Of a stretch of 64,000 nt of DNA, positions 20,625 to 29,630 are shown in pieces. The translations under genes were made by a program, and so were the position numbers. This DNA comes from Gemmatimonadaceae bacterium (GTDB taxonomy: Bacteria > Gemmatimonadota > Gemmatimonadetes > Gemmatimonadales > Gemmatimonadaceae): the NCBI GenBank assembly GCA_051859245.1, contig JBHYGA010000004.1:448001-512000 (forward strand), given 5' to 3'. Under the pieces are notes generated by a model. It was not told the DNA's origin, did no database searches, and saw only the letters and a program-made list of their open reading frames with translations. Within the stretch, counting starts at the first letter, position 1. The number at the start of each line of letters is the position of its first letter.

Positions 20625-20640
20625 TGTCCTTGCAAGGACA
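20625..20640. promoter_or_regulatory. Palindrome related to MarR operator
   Basis: Perfect 16-bp palindrome TGTCCTTGCAAGGACA just upstream of an RBS. Confidence 0.55.
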
Positions 20641-20656
20641 TTTAGTGATGGCCTGA

Positions 20657-21118
20657 CTATGGGCCGATGCGTGCCTCCGCCAGCTGCTGCATGGTATTCC
20701 GCAGCACCGTGAGTTGCGATTTGGGTAGTCCGGCAAACTGCCTGGCGTGTACCGCCGCGACGGGCCCCTCAAGCCGCTCGAGCAGCTTCTTTCCCTGCCC
20801 GGTGATCGACGCCAGCACTACGCGCCTGTCGGACTCGTCGCGCATCCGCGTGGCCCAACCCTGCTTTTCGAGACGGTCGAGCAGGCGTGTTACGTCGGGA
20901 TCACCACTGACCGATCGCTCTGCGACCGCGTTGCAGGCGAGCCCTGCACTTCCCGCGTCGCGCAGCACCCGGAGCACGTGGTACTGCTCCGGGGTAATGC
21001 CGGCGTGCCGAAGCACTACCGCCAACTCTTGGATGAAGACACCCGCGACATGTTGGATCAGGAGGTAGACCTCCCGTTCCGTACTTTCCACCGTGCCAAA
21101 GCGCCAAACTCGTTTCAT
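20657..21118 (-). CDS. MarR-family transcriptional regulator
   Basis: ITPEQYHVLRVL, DVTRLLDRLE, DRRVV...ITGQG. Confidence 0.92.
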   Translation of the reverse strand: MKRVWRFGTVESTEREVYLLIQHVAGVFIQELAVVLRHAGITPEQYHVLRVLRDAGSAGLACNAVAERSVSGDPDVTRLLDRLEKQGWATRMRDESDRRVVLASITGQGKKLLERLEGPVAAVHARQFAGLPKSQLTVLRNTMQQLAEARIGP

Positions 21119-21179
21119 CTCGCCCCCTCTTTCCCCAGTACGAGGCGCCGACGGCACCATTTCATAACCCTTAGTTTTA

Positions 21180-21208
21180 AGGATAGTCGTTACAACGACG
21201 ACTGCCAA
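21180..21208 (-). promoter_or_regulatory. Sigma70-type promoter of marR with operator in the spacer
   Basis: TTGGCA-17bp-TATCCT overlapping TAGTCGTTACAACGACGA (21184-21201). Confidence 0.7.
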
Positions 21209-21588
21209 GCAATCATCCTGTTGTTTCCATACACAACTCCTGCTGACTTTGCTGCGTAAGAATCTCTCGACCCTACGGTAGTCCAGGACGGAGCGTCACT
21301 CGCTGGAAAGCTGGCATCGAGTACGGCGTCGATGTGAACCGTGGGCGGGTGGAGGCGGGCAGATCGCGCGGCGACCTCGTCAGCGTTCTCCCACGGCTGC
21401 GGCGGAGTGGCCTTCCGTACGGCTTCGGCCACAGCCACTGACCCCAGTGATGCCAAGGCGGCGGCTACCACCACCAATGGCGTGAGCGGGACGTTTGTCA
21501 CGATCAGTCCTGTGAGCAGCACGACCATGATTGACGCCGATGAGTAAAGCACTCGGCGGGACTTTCCAAAGGCGGAATAGCTGTTCAT
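21190..21588 (-). CDS. 2-TM hypothetical protein with SFPASD-x-PSW motif
   Basis: GAGGA RBS, two TMs, IDAVLDASFPASDAPSWT. Confidence 0.65.
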   Translation of the reverse strand: MNSYSAFGKSRRVLYSSASIMVVLLTGLIVTNVPLTPLVVVAAALASLGSVAVAEAVRKATPPQPWENADEVAARSARLHPPTVHIDAVLDASFPASDAPSWTTVGSRDSYAAKSAGVVYGNNRMIAWQSSL

Positions 21589-21641
21589 GTGCGTGTCCTC
21601 TAGCAAACGGGTGATGAGTCGGTCATGCCTCGCCTCGCCGG

Positions 21642-21863
21642 CTATCTCGCCGAGGAGAAGACCACAGCCAATACGACTACCACGAGGATGAACCAGAAGC
21701 CTGCGAGCAACCGGTTCGGCGCGCGGCGTGGAATGCCTGTTGCGATGGGGGCCGGCACGTATAACGAGATGTCCGGAGGGAAGGGGGAATGCTTCGCCCG
21801 CCGCGAACTGAAGTTTTCTGCCGGCGGTGAAAGCGCGGAGTGGCGCGACTCGCTCTTGATCAT
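21642..21863 (-). CDS. Small protein with C-terminal TM helix
   Basis: GGAGG RBS before ATG 21863, tail GFWFILVVVVLAVVF. Confidence 0.5.
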   Translation of the reverse strand: MIKSESRHSALSPPAENFSSRRAKHSPFPPDISLYVPAPIATGIPRRAPNRLLAGFWFILVVVVLAVVFSSAR

Positions 21864-21912
21864 GTTATGCCTCCGAGAAGAAAGTGTCGGAACGTCTCCT
21901 GTGCTCCTCATA

Positions 21913-21941
21913 AGGTTAATCGTTATAACGACTAAAGTCAA
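21913..21941 (-). promoter_or_regulatory. Sigma70-type promoter with operator in the spacer
   Basis: TTGACT-17bp-TAACCT overlapping TAATCGTTATAACGACTA (21917-21934). Confidence 0.72.
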
Positions 21942-22159
21942 GGGGAGGCGCGAGGAAGCACTGCGACGGCCCGCGCAGTTGAACCCGCTTTTCGTGAAGC
22001 GCCAATCCGTCTCCCGCGGTCAGCGTTCGGCTAAGCGCGCGATCGTCTTGCGCACTTCTACTGGCACGCGTACCCTTTGCCGGTGCGCGCGACGCGAGCT
22101 GCCCCGAGCGCGAAGCTGCCGCACCACATTGCGCTTCTCTTCAGCTTGAGGACGGACGC

Positions 22160-22747
22160 ATGACCACGTTCACCGTGGGATACATGATCGGCAGCCTCGC
22201 CAAGGCCTCGATCAATCGGAAGCTCGCGATCGCGCTGACGCGACTCGCGCCGCCGGAACTGGAGTTCCGGGAAATCACAATCGCTGACCTGCCGCTCTAC
22301 TCGTACGACTACGACGCGAACTATCCTCCGGCGGGACGTGCCCTCAAGGACGCCATTGCCTCCGTCGACGCCGTGCTTTTTGTGACGCCCGAGTACAATC
22401 GGTCAATCCCGGGCGCGCTCAAGAACGCGATCGACTGGGCGAGTCGTCCGTGGGGTGAGAACTCTTTCAAGCGGAAGCCCTCAGCCGTTATAGGAACATC
22501 GCCGGGCAAGATCGGCACGGCCGTCGGTCAGCAACACGTTCGCAGCATCATGGCGTTCTGCAACTCGCCGATGTTCAACGCGGTCGAGGCATATATCGAG
22601 TTCACGCCCGGCCTCATTACCGATGATGGCGAGGTCACGGTAGATTCGACCCGCGAGTTCCTCGCGAACTTCCTGGAAGAGTTCTCCGGCTACATCGGAC
22701 GCGTCTACACCGTGCTCCCTCGCACGGGCGAATCGCCGCCTGGATAG
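22160..22747 (+). CDS. NADPH-dependent FMN reductase (ChrR-like)
   Basis: GSL...S.N, TPEYNRSIPGALKNAIDWASRP. Confidence 0.93.
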   Translation: MTTFTVGYMIGSLAKASINRKLAIALTRLAPPELEFREITIADLPLYSYDYDANYPPAGRALKDAIASVDAVLFVTPEYNRSIPGALKNAIDWASRPWGENSFKRKPSAVIGTSPGKIGTAVGQQHVRSIMAFCNSPMFNAVEAYIEFTPGLITDDGEVTVDSTREFLANFLEEFSGYIGRVYTVLPRTGESPPG

Positions 22748-22762
22748 GGATTCGGCTGGGCA

Positions 22763-24238
22763 CTACGAGTCCGGATTCTGCGTCACGCGAAGACGTCCGC
22801 CCTCTCCTTCCCAGCGCGCAACTGCGCGGGCCGCCATGCGTTCGTCCAAGTCGGGTGGGACGGCCGCGAGCAACACGTTGAGCCCCTCCGCCATGGTGGG
22901 GTGTGTGATGATGGCGTCACGCAGCATCGTGTATGGCATCTCGCCAAGCATGGCGGTCTGCACCACCGCGACTACCTCACCTGCGCCCGCCCCAAGCATC
23001 GAAAAGCCAAGGATGCGGTCGCTGTCTGCGGCGAGCAACATCTTCATGAAGCCGCGTGTTTCGCCAATGGCGCGCGCCCGCAGTACTGATGCCATCGGCA
23101 ACCGGGCGACGCGAACCGCGATTCGCAGCTGCTTTGCCATCGACTCGTCCAGTCCCACGCGCGCGAACTCTGGATCGATGAACGCACAATAGGGAATCAA
23201 TCGACCTCGTGTCGTGCGCACACCGCCGTCGAGGTGGTCGCGAACAACGCGAAAGTCATCGAGCGCAGCGTGCGTGAACTGCGGGCTCCCCGCGCACTCG
23301 CCCATCGCCCAGACTCCGTCGGCGGTCGTGCGCAGGTGATCGTCCACGCTGATGTAGCCGCGTGCGTCGAGCTCGATCCCCGCTTGCTCCAGCCCAGTCT
23401 CCCGCGTATTGGGAGCGCGCCCCGCCGCGACGAGAATGTCGGAGCCGTCGATTATTCGAATCTCGCGCCCCGTCTTCACGTGAAGCCGGACAGCCTCGCC
23501 GGACCGCCCTTCTACCGATTGGGTATCGGCGCCGAGAAACACCTCGATACCATCCTCCTCGAAGATCTTGTGAATGGCAGTCGCCACATCCGGATCCTCT
23601 CGGCCGAGCAGCTGTGTGCCGTACTCGAGAACAGTGACGCGACTTCCGAAGCGCCGAAACGCCTGCGCGAACTCAACGCCCACATATCCCCCACCGAGCA
23701 CGACCAAGTGAGCGGGCAGCCGATCGAGTTCAAGAGCGTCGACGTGTGTGAGAGGAAGTGCATTTGCAAGTCCGGGAATCCCGGGGATCGTCGCGGACGT
23801 GCCGAGATTGAGAAACAATCGTTCGGCGACAAAGCGGCGCATCCCGCCGTCGGGAAGACGTACCTCGATCGTCCGTTGCCCCACAAGACGGCCTTCTCCC
23901 AGAAGAAACTCAAGATGCGGGATTGCAAACTTCTGCTGATGAATAGCGATCAGGCCATCCACCATTTCGCGTTTGCGCTCACGCACCATCGGCATACTCA
24001 CGGTGGCATTGTCGATGCGCAGGCCGTACGAAGCGCTCCGACGGACCAGCTCCGCAACCTTGGCGCTTTGAATGATGTTCTTGCTTGGCAGGCACGCGAT
24101 ATTCGGACAGGAACCTCCCACCAGCGCGCGTTCGATCACGACAACCGGTCGGCGCTGTTGAGCCAAGTCCCACGCGAGGTATTTGCCTGCCTCACCGCCA
24201 CCCAGAATGACGTTCTCGATGTGCTCGAGTTCACTCAT
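22763..24238 (-). CDS. Pyridine nucleotide-disulfide oxidoreductase (MerA/RclA-like group)
   Basis: GGGEAG, redox CPNIAC, GGGYVGVE, HPTMAE. No C-terminal Cys-Cys. Confidence 0.88.
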   Translation of the reverse strand: MSELEHIENVILGGGEAGKYLAWDLAQQRRPVVVIERALVGGSCPNIACLPSKNIIQSAKVAELVRRSASYGLRIDNATVSMPMVRERKREMVDGLIAIHQQKFAIPHLEFLLGEGRLVGQRTIEVRLPDGGMRRFVAERLFLNLGTSATIPGIPGLANALPLTHVDALELDRLPAHLVVLGGGYVGVEFAQAFRRFGSRVTVLEYGTQLLGREDPDVATAIHKIFEEDGIEVFLGADTQSVEGRSGEAVRLHVKTGREIRIIDGSDILVAAGRAPNTRETGLEQAGIELDARGYISVDDHLRTTADGVWAMGECAGSPQFTHAALDDFRVVRDHLDGGVRTTRGRLIPYCAFIDPEFARVGLDESMAKQLRIAVRVARLPMASVLRARAIGETRGFMKMLLAADSDRILGFSMLGAGAGEVVAVVQTAMLGEMPYTMLRDAIITHPTMAEGLNVLLAAVPPDLDERMAARAVARWEGEGGRLRVTQNPDS

Positions 24239-24402
24239 GACAGCCTCTCGACCTTGGGATCAACACAGCATGGCTTCTGTTCCTGGGCACGGCTGCTTGC
24301 ACGGCGGTGGTCAAGCGATCTGACGGCCCCCAGTATCAGTAGCGTGCGGCTCTGACTGTCTAGTTGTCAACTCGCGCACACCTGCTCCTATCCCGCGCAA
24401 GA

Positions 24403-24635
24403 TTGACTTCACACAGGAAGCGTCTAGGTTTCACTGCATGTTGCGGATCGCTTCCCCCCTCACGCACAAGACCCGAGTGTCTGACTTGCGCCTCTCGGCG
24501 CGGTCTCGCTCGGCGCGGGGACGCACGTCTATCACGCCACTCGGCGGATAGACCCTCCCCGCGCTAACGGTGACGCAGCTGCGTCATCGCGAGACCGCCC
24601 CACCTGCCATCGCGCACGTGGGGCGGTTTGCATTT
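24403..24635 (+). promoter_or_regulatory. Promoter plus structured leader (putative attenuator/riboswitch) of gdh operon
   Basis: TTGACT-16bp-TAGGTT, nested stems and terminator-like ACCGCCCCAC/GTGGGGCGGT-TTGCATTT. Confidence 0.55.
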
Positions 24636-24657
24636 CCCCAACAGAGGAATCAATCCC

Positions 24658-25008
24658 ATGCCCCCGCACCTGCGATTCAGTCGCCAGGACCAGGAGGGTT
24701 GGACCATCGCCGACGGCCTGCTGAGGCTCGGTGAAGTCTATCCCGATCGTATGACATTCGTCGGTTTTCCCGACGTAGACCGCGCGCGTGCTGCGGCTGA
24801 TATCGCGGCGTGCACGCTGCGCCACTGGCAGGCCTCGCGTCAGCGCGCGGACACCGGTCAAATCGCGGTGTCACTTACCACCGACCGCAGCGGGTTCACC
24901 TTCGCAATGCCCCACGGACTGTGGCACGCGCTTCGAGTCGAACTCGCCCAACGCATTCACGCCGCGACGCGCTCGCTGCGCTACTTCGAACAGGAGCCAG
25001 CGGCATGA
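24658..25008 (+). CDS. Hypothetical protein
   Basis: AGAGGA RBS, ATGA overlap with gdh. Confidence 0.6.
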   Translation: MPPHLRFSRQDQEGWTIADGLLRLGEVYPDRMTFVGFPDVDRARAAADIAACTLRHWQASRQRADTGQIAVSLTTDRSGFTFAMPHGLWHALRVELAQRIHAATRSLRYFEQEPAA

Positions 25009-26297
25009 CGACGATGTTGCCACCACCCATCACGGTTGCCCCGATTCCTTCGACGGAAACCAATCCAATGCACGCGATGCTGGCCCGCTACGAACGCGCG
25101 GCGGCAGTGCTCAACCTCGATCCAGGAATCGACCGCATCCTGCGGCAGCCGGAGCGCGAAATCACCGTGGCGTTGCCGGTCGAAATGGATGACGGACGCA
25201 TCGAGGTATTCACTGGCTACCGCGTCGTGCACAACACGCTGCGTGGCCCTGGGAAAGGCGGCATCCGCTATGACCTCGGTGTGACCCCCGACGAGGTGCG
25301 CGCGCTCGCCGCGTGGATGACGTGGAAGTGTGCAGTCGTGGACCTGCCGTTCGGCGGAGCCAAAGGCGGAGTACACTGCGATCCGTACACCCTGTCGCTG
25401 GGGGAGAAGGAGCGCATCACGCGGCGGTACACCTCAGCACTGTGCGCCGCGTTCGGACCGGATTCGGACGTGCCGGCCAGCGATGTCGGTACCGATGAGC
25501 AGGTCATGGCCTGGGTGTTGGACACCTACTCCATGCATGTCGGTTACACCGTGCCGGCCGTCGTGACTGGAAAACCGCTGGTGCTTGGCGGCTCGGCCGG
25601 TCGTGCGGGTGCGACGGGACGCGGCGTGATGTTGTCGGCGCAATCAGCGCTGGCGCAGCTTGGCCGCAGTCTGTCCGGCAGTAGTGTTGCCGTGCAGGGC
25701 TTCGGAAAGGTCGGTGCCGCTGCGGCGCGTTTTTGCGCGGCGGCCGGCGCACGCGTTGTGGCCGTCAGCGACTTCACAGTGGCGATTCATGACTCGGGAG
25801 GACTCGACGTGGCCGCGCTCGAACGCCACGTGCAGCAGCATCGCACGTTGCAGGACTGCCGCCTCGGCGAACACCTCACGCACGCGGAGCTGCTCGCACT
25901 TGATGTCGACGTGCTGATCCCGGCCGCGACCGAAAACACCATCACATCGCAGAACGCGCACGCGGTACGCGCGCTCGTGGTCTGTGAAGGCGCGAACGGT
26001 CCAACGACCGCGGTCGCTGACGAAATCCTCGATGCCAATGGCGTCCTCGTCGTCCCGGATATTCTTGCCAACGCGGGAGGTGTCACCGTGAGCTACTTCG
26101 AGTGGGTCCAGAATCGAAACGGATATGCGTGGGAGGAGGCGGTCGTGGATGACCGTCTCGCTGATGTGATGCATCGGAGCTATACGGACGTGCAACAGCT
26201 CGCGGCGCGGCACGGTCAGTCGCTGCGCACTGCCGCGTACATGCTCGGCATCGGTCGCGTGGCAGCCGTCCAGAAACTTCGGGGGCTCTATGCGTGA
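25005..26297 (+). CDS. Glu/Leu/Phe/Val dehydrogenase, most likely glutamate dehydrogenase
   Basis: GPGKGGIRY, MTWKCA, GGAKGG, VTGKP, QGFGKVG, EGANGP, VSYFEW. Confidence 0.92.
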   Translation: MTTMLPPPITVAPIPSTETNPMHAMLARYERAAAVLNLDPGIDRILRQPEREITVALPVEMDDGRIEVFTGYRVVHNTLRGPGKGGIRYDLGVTPDEVRALAAWMTWKCAVVDLPFGGAKGGVHCDPYTLSLGEKERITRRYTSALCAAFGPDSDVPASDVGTDEQVMAWVLDTYSMHVGYTVPAVVTGKPLVLGGSAGRAGATGRGVMLSAQSALAQLGRSLSGSSVAVQGFGKVGAAAARFCAAAGARVVAVSDFTVAIHDSGGLDVAALERHVQQHRTLQDCRLGEHLTHAELLALDVDVLIPAATENTITSQNAHAVRALVVCEGANGPTTAVADEILDANGVLVVPDILANAGGVTVSYFEWVQNRNGYAWEEAVVDDRLADVMHRSYTDVQQLAARHGQSLRTAAYMLGIGRVAAVQKLRGLYA

Positions 26298-26550
26298 GGC
26301 ACCGACAATCCCCGATATCAGCACGCGCGATCTTTTGTCATTGGAACGGGAGCTGCGGCGTGAGCTTGCGCGCCTCGAGCGCGGGAGTGTCACGGATGCG
26401 TTCTCGCACGAACGCGACGAGTTGCTGCTGGCGCTACAGCGGCTTAACGACGGGAGCTACGGCATCTGCGCTGGGTGCGCGGTTCGCGTTCCCGTGGAGC
26501 GGCTTGAGGTGATGCCCGCCACGCGCTGGTGCGTAAGCTGCGCGCGGTGA
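26290..26550 (+). CDS. TraR/DksA C4-type zinc-finger protein
   Basis: GSYGICAGC...ERLEVMP..RWCVSC. Confidence 0.85.
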   Translation: MREAPTIPDISTRDLLSLERELRRELARLERGSVTDAFSHERDELLLALQRLNDGSYGICAGCAVRVPVERLEVMPATRWCVSCAR

Positions 26551-26580
26551 GCTTCGGGTGCCGCGAACGCGCCTGCACTG

Positions 26581-28170
26581 TTAGGCGTTTCGCGGCTTCG
26601 CCCGCTCCCGATCCACCAGCAACCGCCGCAGAATCTTTCCCGACGGCGACTTCGGAATCGCGTCTACAAACTCCACCTGTCGCACCTTTTTGTACGGCGA
26701 CACACGTTCCGCCACGTAGGCCATCACCTGCGCCGCATCAATCGGCGTTCGCACCACGACGAACGCTTTCGGCACCTCGCCCGCTTCGTCATCAGGCACG
26801 GGAATCACCGCCGCATCAGCAATCGCCGGGTTCGATAACAACACCGCCTCGAGCTCGGCGGGCGCCACCTGCAGTCCTTTGTATTTGATCAGCTCCTTCA
26901 CGCGATCCACAATCGAAAACCAACCGCGATCATTCACCACGGCCACGTCGCCCGTCTTGAACCAGCCGTCGTCCGTCATGCACGCCGCGGTCGCCTCGGG
27001 CTTGTTGAAGTAACCCAGCATCACCTGCGGTCCACGAAGCCACAGCTCACCGCGCTCACCGGTTTCCACGTCGTCACCCGTGGCCGGATCCACAATGCGC
27101 GCCTCTGTGTTGGCAATCGCGGGACCAACCGACGCGCCATCCACAATGTCACTCTCCAGTGGATGCACGTGTGTGACCGGACTTGTTTCGGTGAGACCGT
27201 ATCCCTGGCGTACGCGACAGCCGAGTCGTGTTGCGCAGGCTGCGGTCAGTTCTGCGCCAAGTGGCGCCGCACCGCTGAACACCGTGTGCAATGACGACAG
27301 GTCGTAGTTGTCCACGATCGGATGTTTCGCGAGTGCCAACACAATTGGCGGCACGACATGCGCAAACGTGATGCGATGCTTTTGGATAATCTCCAAGACC
27401 TGCGGCAAATCAAAGCGCGGAACCGTGATTAGCGTTGCGCCTGACGACAGCACACCGCCCATGATCGGCACCATGCCGTAGATGTGAAAGAACGGCAACA
27501 CACCGAGCAGCGTATCGGACTCGTTGACCATGGGCACGGGCGCCTGAATCTGACATAGATTGGCGACGAGGTTGCGATGCGTGAGCATTACGCCCTTCGG
27601 AATACCGGAGGTGCCACTCGAGTACGGCAGTACACACACATCACGCGCGGGATCAATCGCGACCGGTGTGGGCGTATCGCCGAACGCGAACAGCTCGGTG
27701 AATGGTGTCGCCCCATCGGCCTCTCCGATCACCACGATTTCGCGCACCGTCGTAGCGAGTCGCGACGCAGTCATGCACTTCTCGAGCAGCTCGGGAATGG
27801 TGACCAGCATCAACGCTTCGCTGTCGGCGAACTGCGCGCCGATTTCTTCGGCCGTTGCAATCGGATTGACGGTGGAACAGATCGCGCCAATGCTCGCCAC
27901 TGCATAAAACACCACGGCGAATTCCGGAATGTTCGGACTCACCAGCCCGACCACATCGCCTTTGCCTATGCCGCGCGCCTGCAAACCGGCGGCCACGCGA
28001 TGTATCGCGCGCGCCAACTCGCCATACGTGTATCCGCGTCCCGTCACGCCGCACACAATCGCGGGTTTGTCTGACAGCGTGCTCGCGTGTTGCAGTACAA
28101 ATGGCACGAGCGATGTGTCGGGAATCTCGACGTCGGCGAACGGGCTCGAAATAACGCGCGGGGCGCTCAT
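26581..28170 (-). CDS. 4-coumarate--CoA ligase-like AMP-binding enzyme
   Basis: YSSGTSGIPKG, LPFFHIYG, QGYGLTE, GELWLRG, KSPSGKILR. Confidence 0.92.
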   Translation of the reverse strand: MSAPRVISSPFADVEIPDTSLVPFVLQHASTLSDKPAIVCGVTGRGYTYGELARAIHRVAAGLQARGIGKGDVVGLVSPNIPEFAVVFYAVASIGAICSTVNPIATAEEIGAQFADSEALMLVTIPELLEKCMTASRLATTVREIVVIGEADGATPFTELFAFGDTPTPVAIDPARDVCVLPYSSGTSGIPKGVMLTHRNLVANLCQIQAPVPMVNESDTLLGVLPFFHIYGMVPIMGGVLSSGATLITVPRFDLPQVLEIIQKHRITFAHVVPPIVLALAKHPIVDNYDLSSLHTVFSGAAPLGAELTAACATRLGCRVRQGYGLTETSPVTHVHPLESDIVDGASVGPAIANTEARIVDPATGDDVETGERGELWLRGPQVMLGYFNKPEATAACMTDDGWFKTGDVAVVNDRGWFSIVDRVKELIKYKGLQVAPAELEAVLLSNPAIADAAVIPVPDDEAGEVPKAFVVVRTPIDAAQVMAYVAERVSPYKKVRQVEFVDAIPKSPSGKILRRLLVDRERAKPRNA

Positions 28171-28287
28171 GGTGGGATTCGGCAGAGGCGAAGCGGGAGT
28201 ACTCACGAGCTCCCAGCACACAACAGGTGCGCAACGATGGCTGTCTCGGCCCAGTCGCGCTAGCGCGCCGCGCCGTTGCGTGCTGTG

Positions 28288-28320
28288 CGTGAAGATTCCG
28301 TGATGATTCCGTGAGGATTT
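28288..28320. repeat. Three tandem 11-bp repeats CGTGAnGATTY
   Basis: CGTGAAGATTC CGTGATGATTC CGTGAGGATTT in a divergent intergenic region. Confidence 0.7.
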
Positions 28321-28392
28321 GTTTCCGCGTGTTGCTGTGCTGAAAGACGCGCCCGCACATTAGCGCCGCCTCTCCCACCGCAGACGACACAC

Positions 28393-29103
28393 GTGCCGCA
28401 GCCCACCCGCCCTCGGCTCCTCCTCCCCCCGCTCGCCGCCGCCAGCTTCGCGCTCGTGGTGGCTGTGGGCCTGCAGGCCCCTGCCACGTCCGTGGGCTTC
28501 CGGTGGAAGCCAACACAGATCGAACGCAAGCTCAAGCCGCTAGAACTCGAGCCCGGCAAGATCGCCTTCGACACGAGCGGCCCTGCCGACGACAACTGGC
28601 TCTCGTGGCTGCTGACCATCCTGATGGCACTCGCGGCTCTGGCCGCCCTGCGCGTGCTGGTTCGCTGGCTCCTTCGCCGCACCCGCCGCGCGCCAGCCCT
28701 AACCGTTGCCCGCACGGGAGCTGACGCAGGTAGCCCGAGCGAAGCGGACGCACAGATCGTACGCTCGGGGCTCGCCGCCGCCCTGCACATCCTCACCACC
28801 GAGCCCTACTCCGGCAACGCCGTGGTGCGTGCCTGGCAGGGACTGCAGGACGCCGCGGCGCTCGCCGGCCTCGAACGCCGCCCCGCCGAAACCGCCTCGG
28901 AGTTCACTGCACGCATCCTGTACCGCTCAAAACGTTCGGCGGAGCCCATCGCCGTGTTGCTCTCGCTCTACCAGCGGGTGCGTTTCGGCCACTACTCGCC
29001 CAGTGAGGCCGAGGTCGCGGCCGCGCGCGAATCACTGGCCACGCTGGTGGACGTGTGGCAGGCCGATCTGCCCGAACGACGCCCATCCAAGGTGGCGCGA
29101 TGA
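28393..29103 (+). CDS. DUF4129-domain membrane protein
   Basis: AVVRAW, RRPAETASEF, LYQRVRFG. Confidence 0.8.
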   Translation: MPQPTRPRLLLPPLAAASFALVVAVGLQAPATSVGFRWKPTQIERKLKPLELEPGKIAFDTSGPADDNWLSWLLTILMALAALAALRVLVRWLLRRTRRAPALTVARTGADAGSPSEADAQIVRSGLAAALHILTTEPYSGNAVVRAWQGLQDAAALAGLERRPAETASEFTARILYRSKRSAEPIAVLLSLYQRVRFGHYSPSEAEVAAARESLATLVDVWQADLPERRPSKVAR

Positions 29104-29630
29104 GTCGGCGCATCGCACTTGGCGCGGTCGCCGCGGCGGCGTCTGCCTACGGCGTCTGGTTTCTCGGCTTCGACCCGTTCTGGGCCGTGGCCACCGTGAT
29201 CGTGGTTGGCCCCGTCGCGGCGGCACTCGCCACCGTCAAACTGGAAGAGGAAGCCCCGTGGGAGCTGCCGGCGAGCGAAACACCGCGCGGGATCCGCATC
29301 ACCGTGGCCATCCTGGAGCAATCGCTCGCCGCCTGCGATCGCCTCGCGCGTCCGCCGGCCCTGCGACGACTGCGCGCGTCGCTGATCGCTGAACGGGAAG
29401 ATCGCGTCGCTCGCACCACGCTCCTGCGACGCACACGCGCGCTGCTGCTCACCGAGTTGCAGCACCGTGGCCTCGACCCGGAAGACAATGTCGTGGTCGC
29501 GAAACTGCTTGGCCCCGACGCCCTCGCCATCCTGCAACCGAACGACGGCAAACCCGTCACCCCCGCCACCATCGAACGCTGCCTCGACGCCGTCGAGCGA
29601 CTCGGCACACACAGCAAGGGAGCCGCATGA
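29100..29630 (+). CDS. Hypothetical membrane protein of MoxR operon
   Basis: Two N-terminal TMs, ATGA overlaps on both sides. Confidence 0.7.
   Translation: MSRRIALGAVAAAASAYGVWFLGFDPFWAVATVIVVGPVAAALATVKLEEEAPWELPASETPRGIRITVAILEQSLAACDRLARPPALRRLRASLIAEREDRVARTTLLRRTRALLLTELQHRGLDPEDNVVVAKLLGPDALAILQPNDGKPVTPATIERCLDAVERLGTHSKGAA

Noticed and set aside
22763..24238. Mercuric reductase merA
   Set aside because: No C-terminal Cys-Cys, no NmerA domain and no mer genes nearby.
23234..24355. Long antisense ORFs (also 60175-61119, 27653-28516, 58553-59521)
   Set aside because: Expected shadows of real genes in high-GC DNA, with no motifs.
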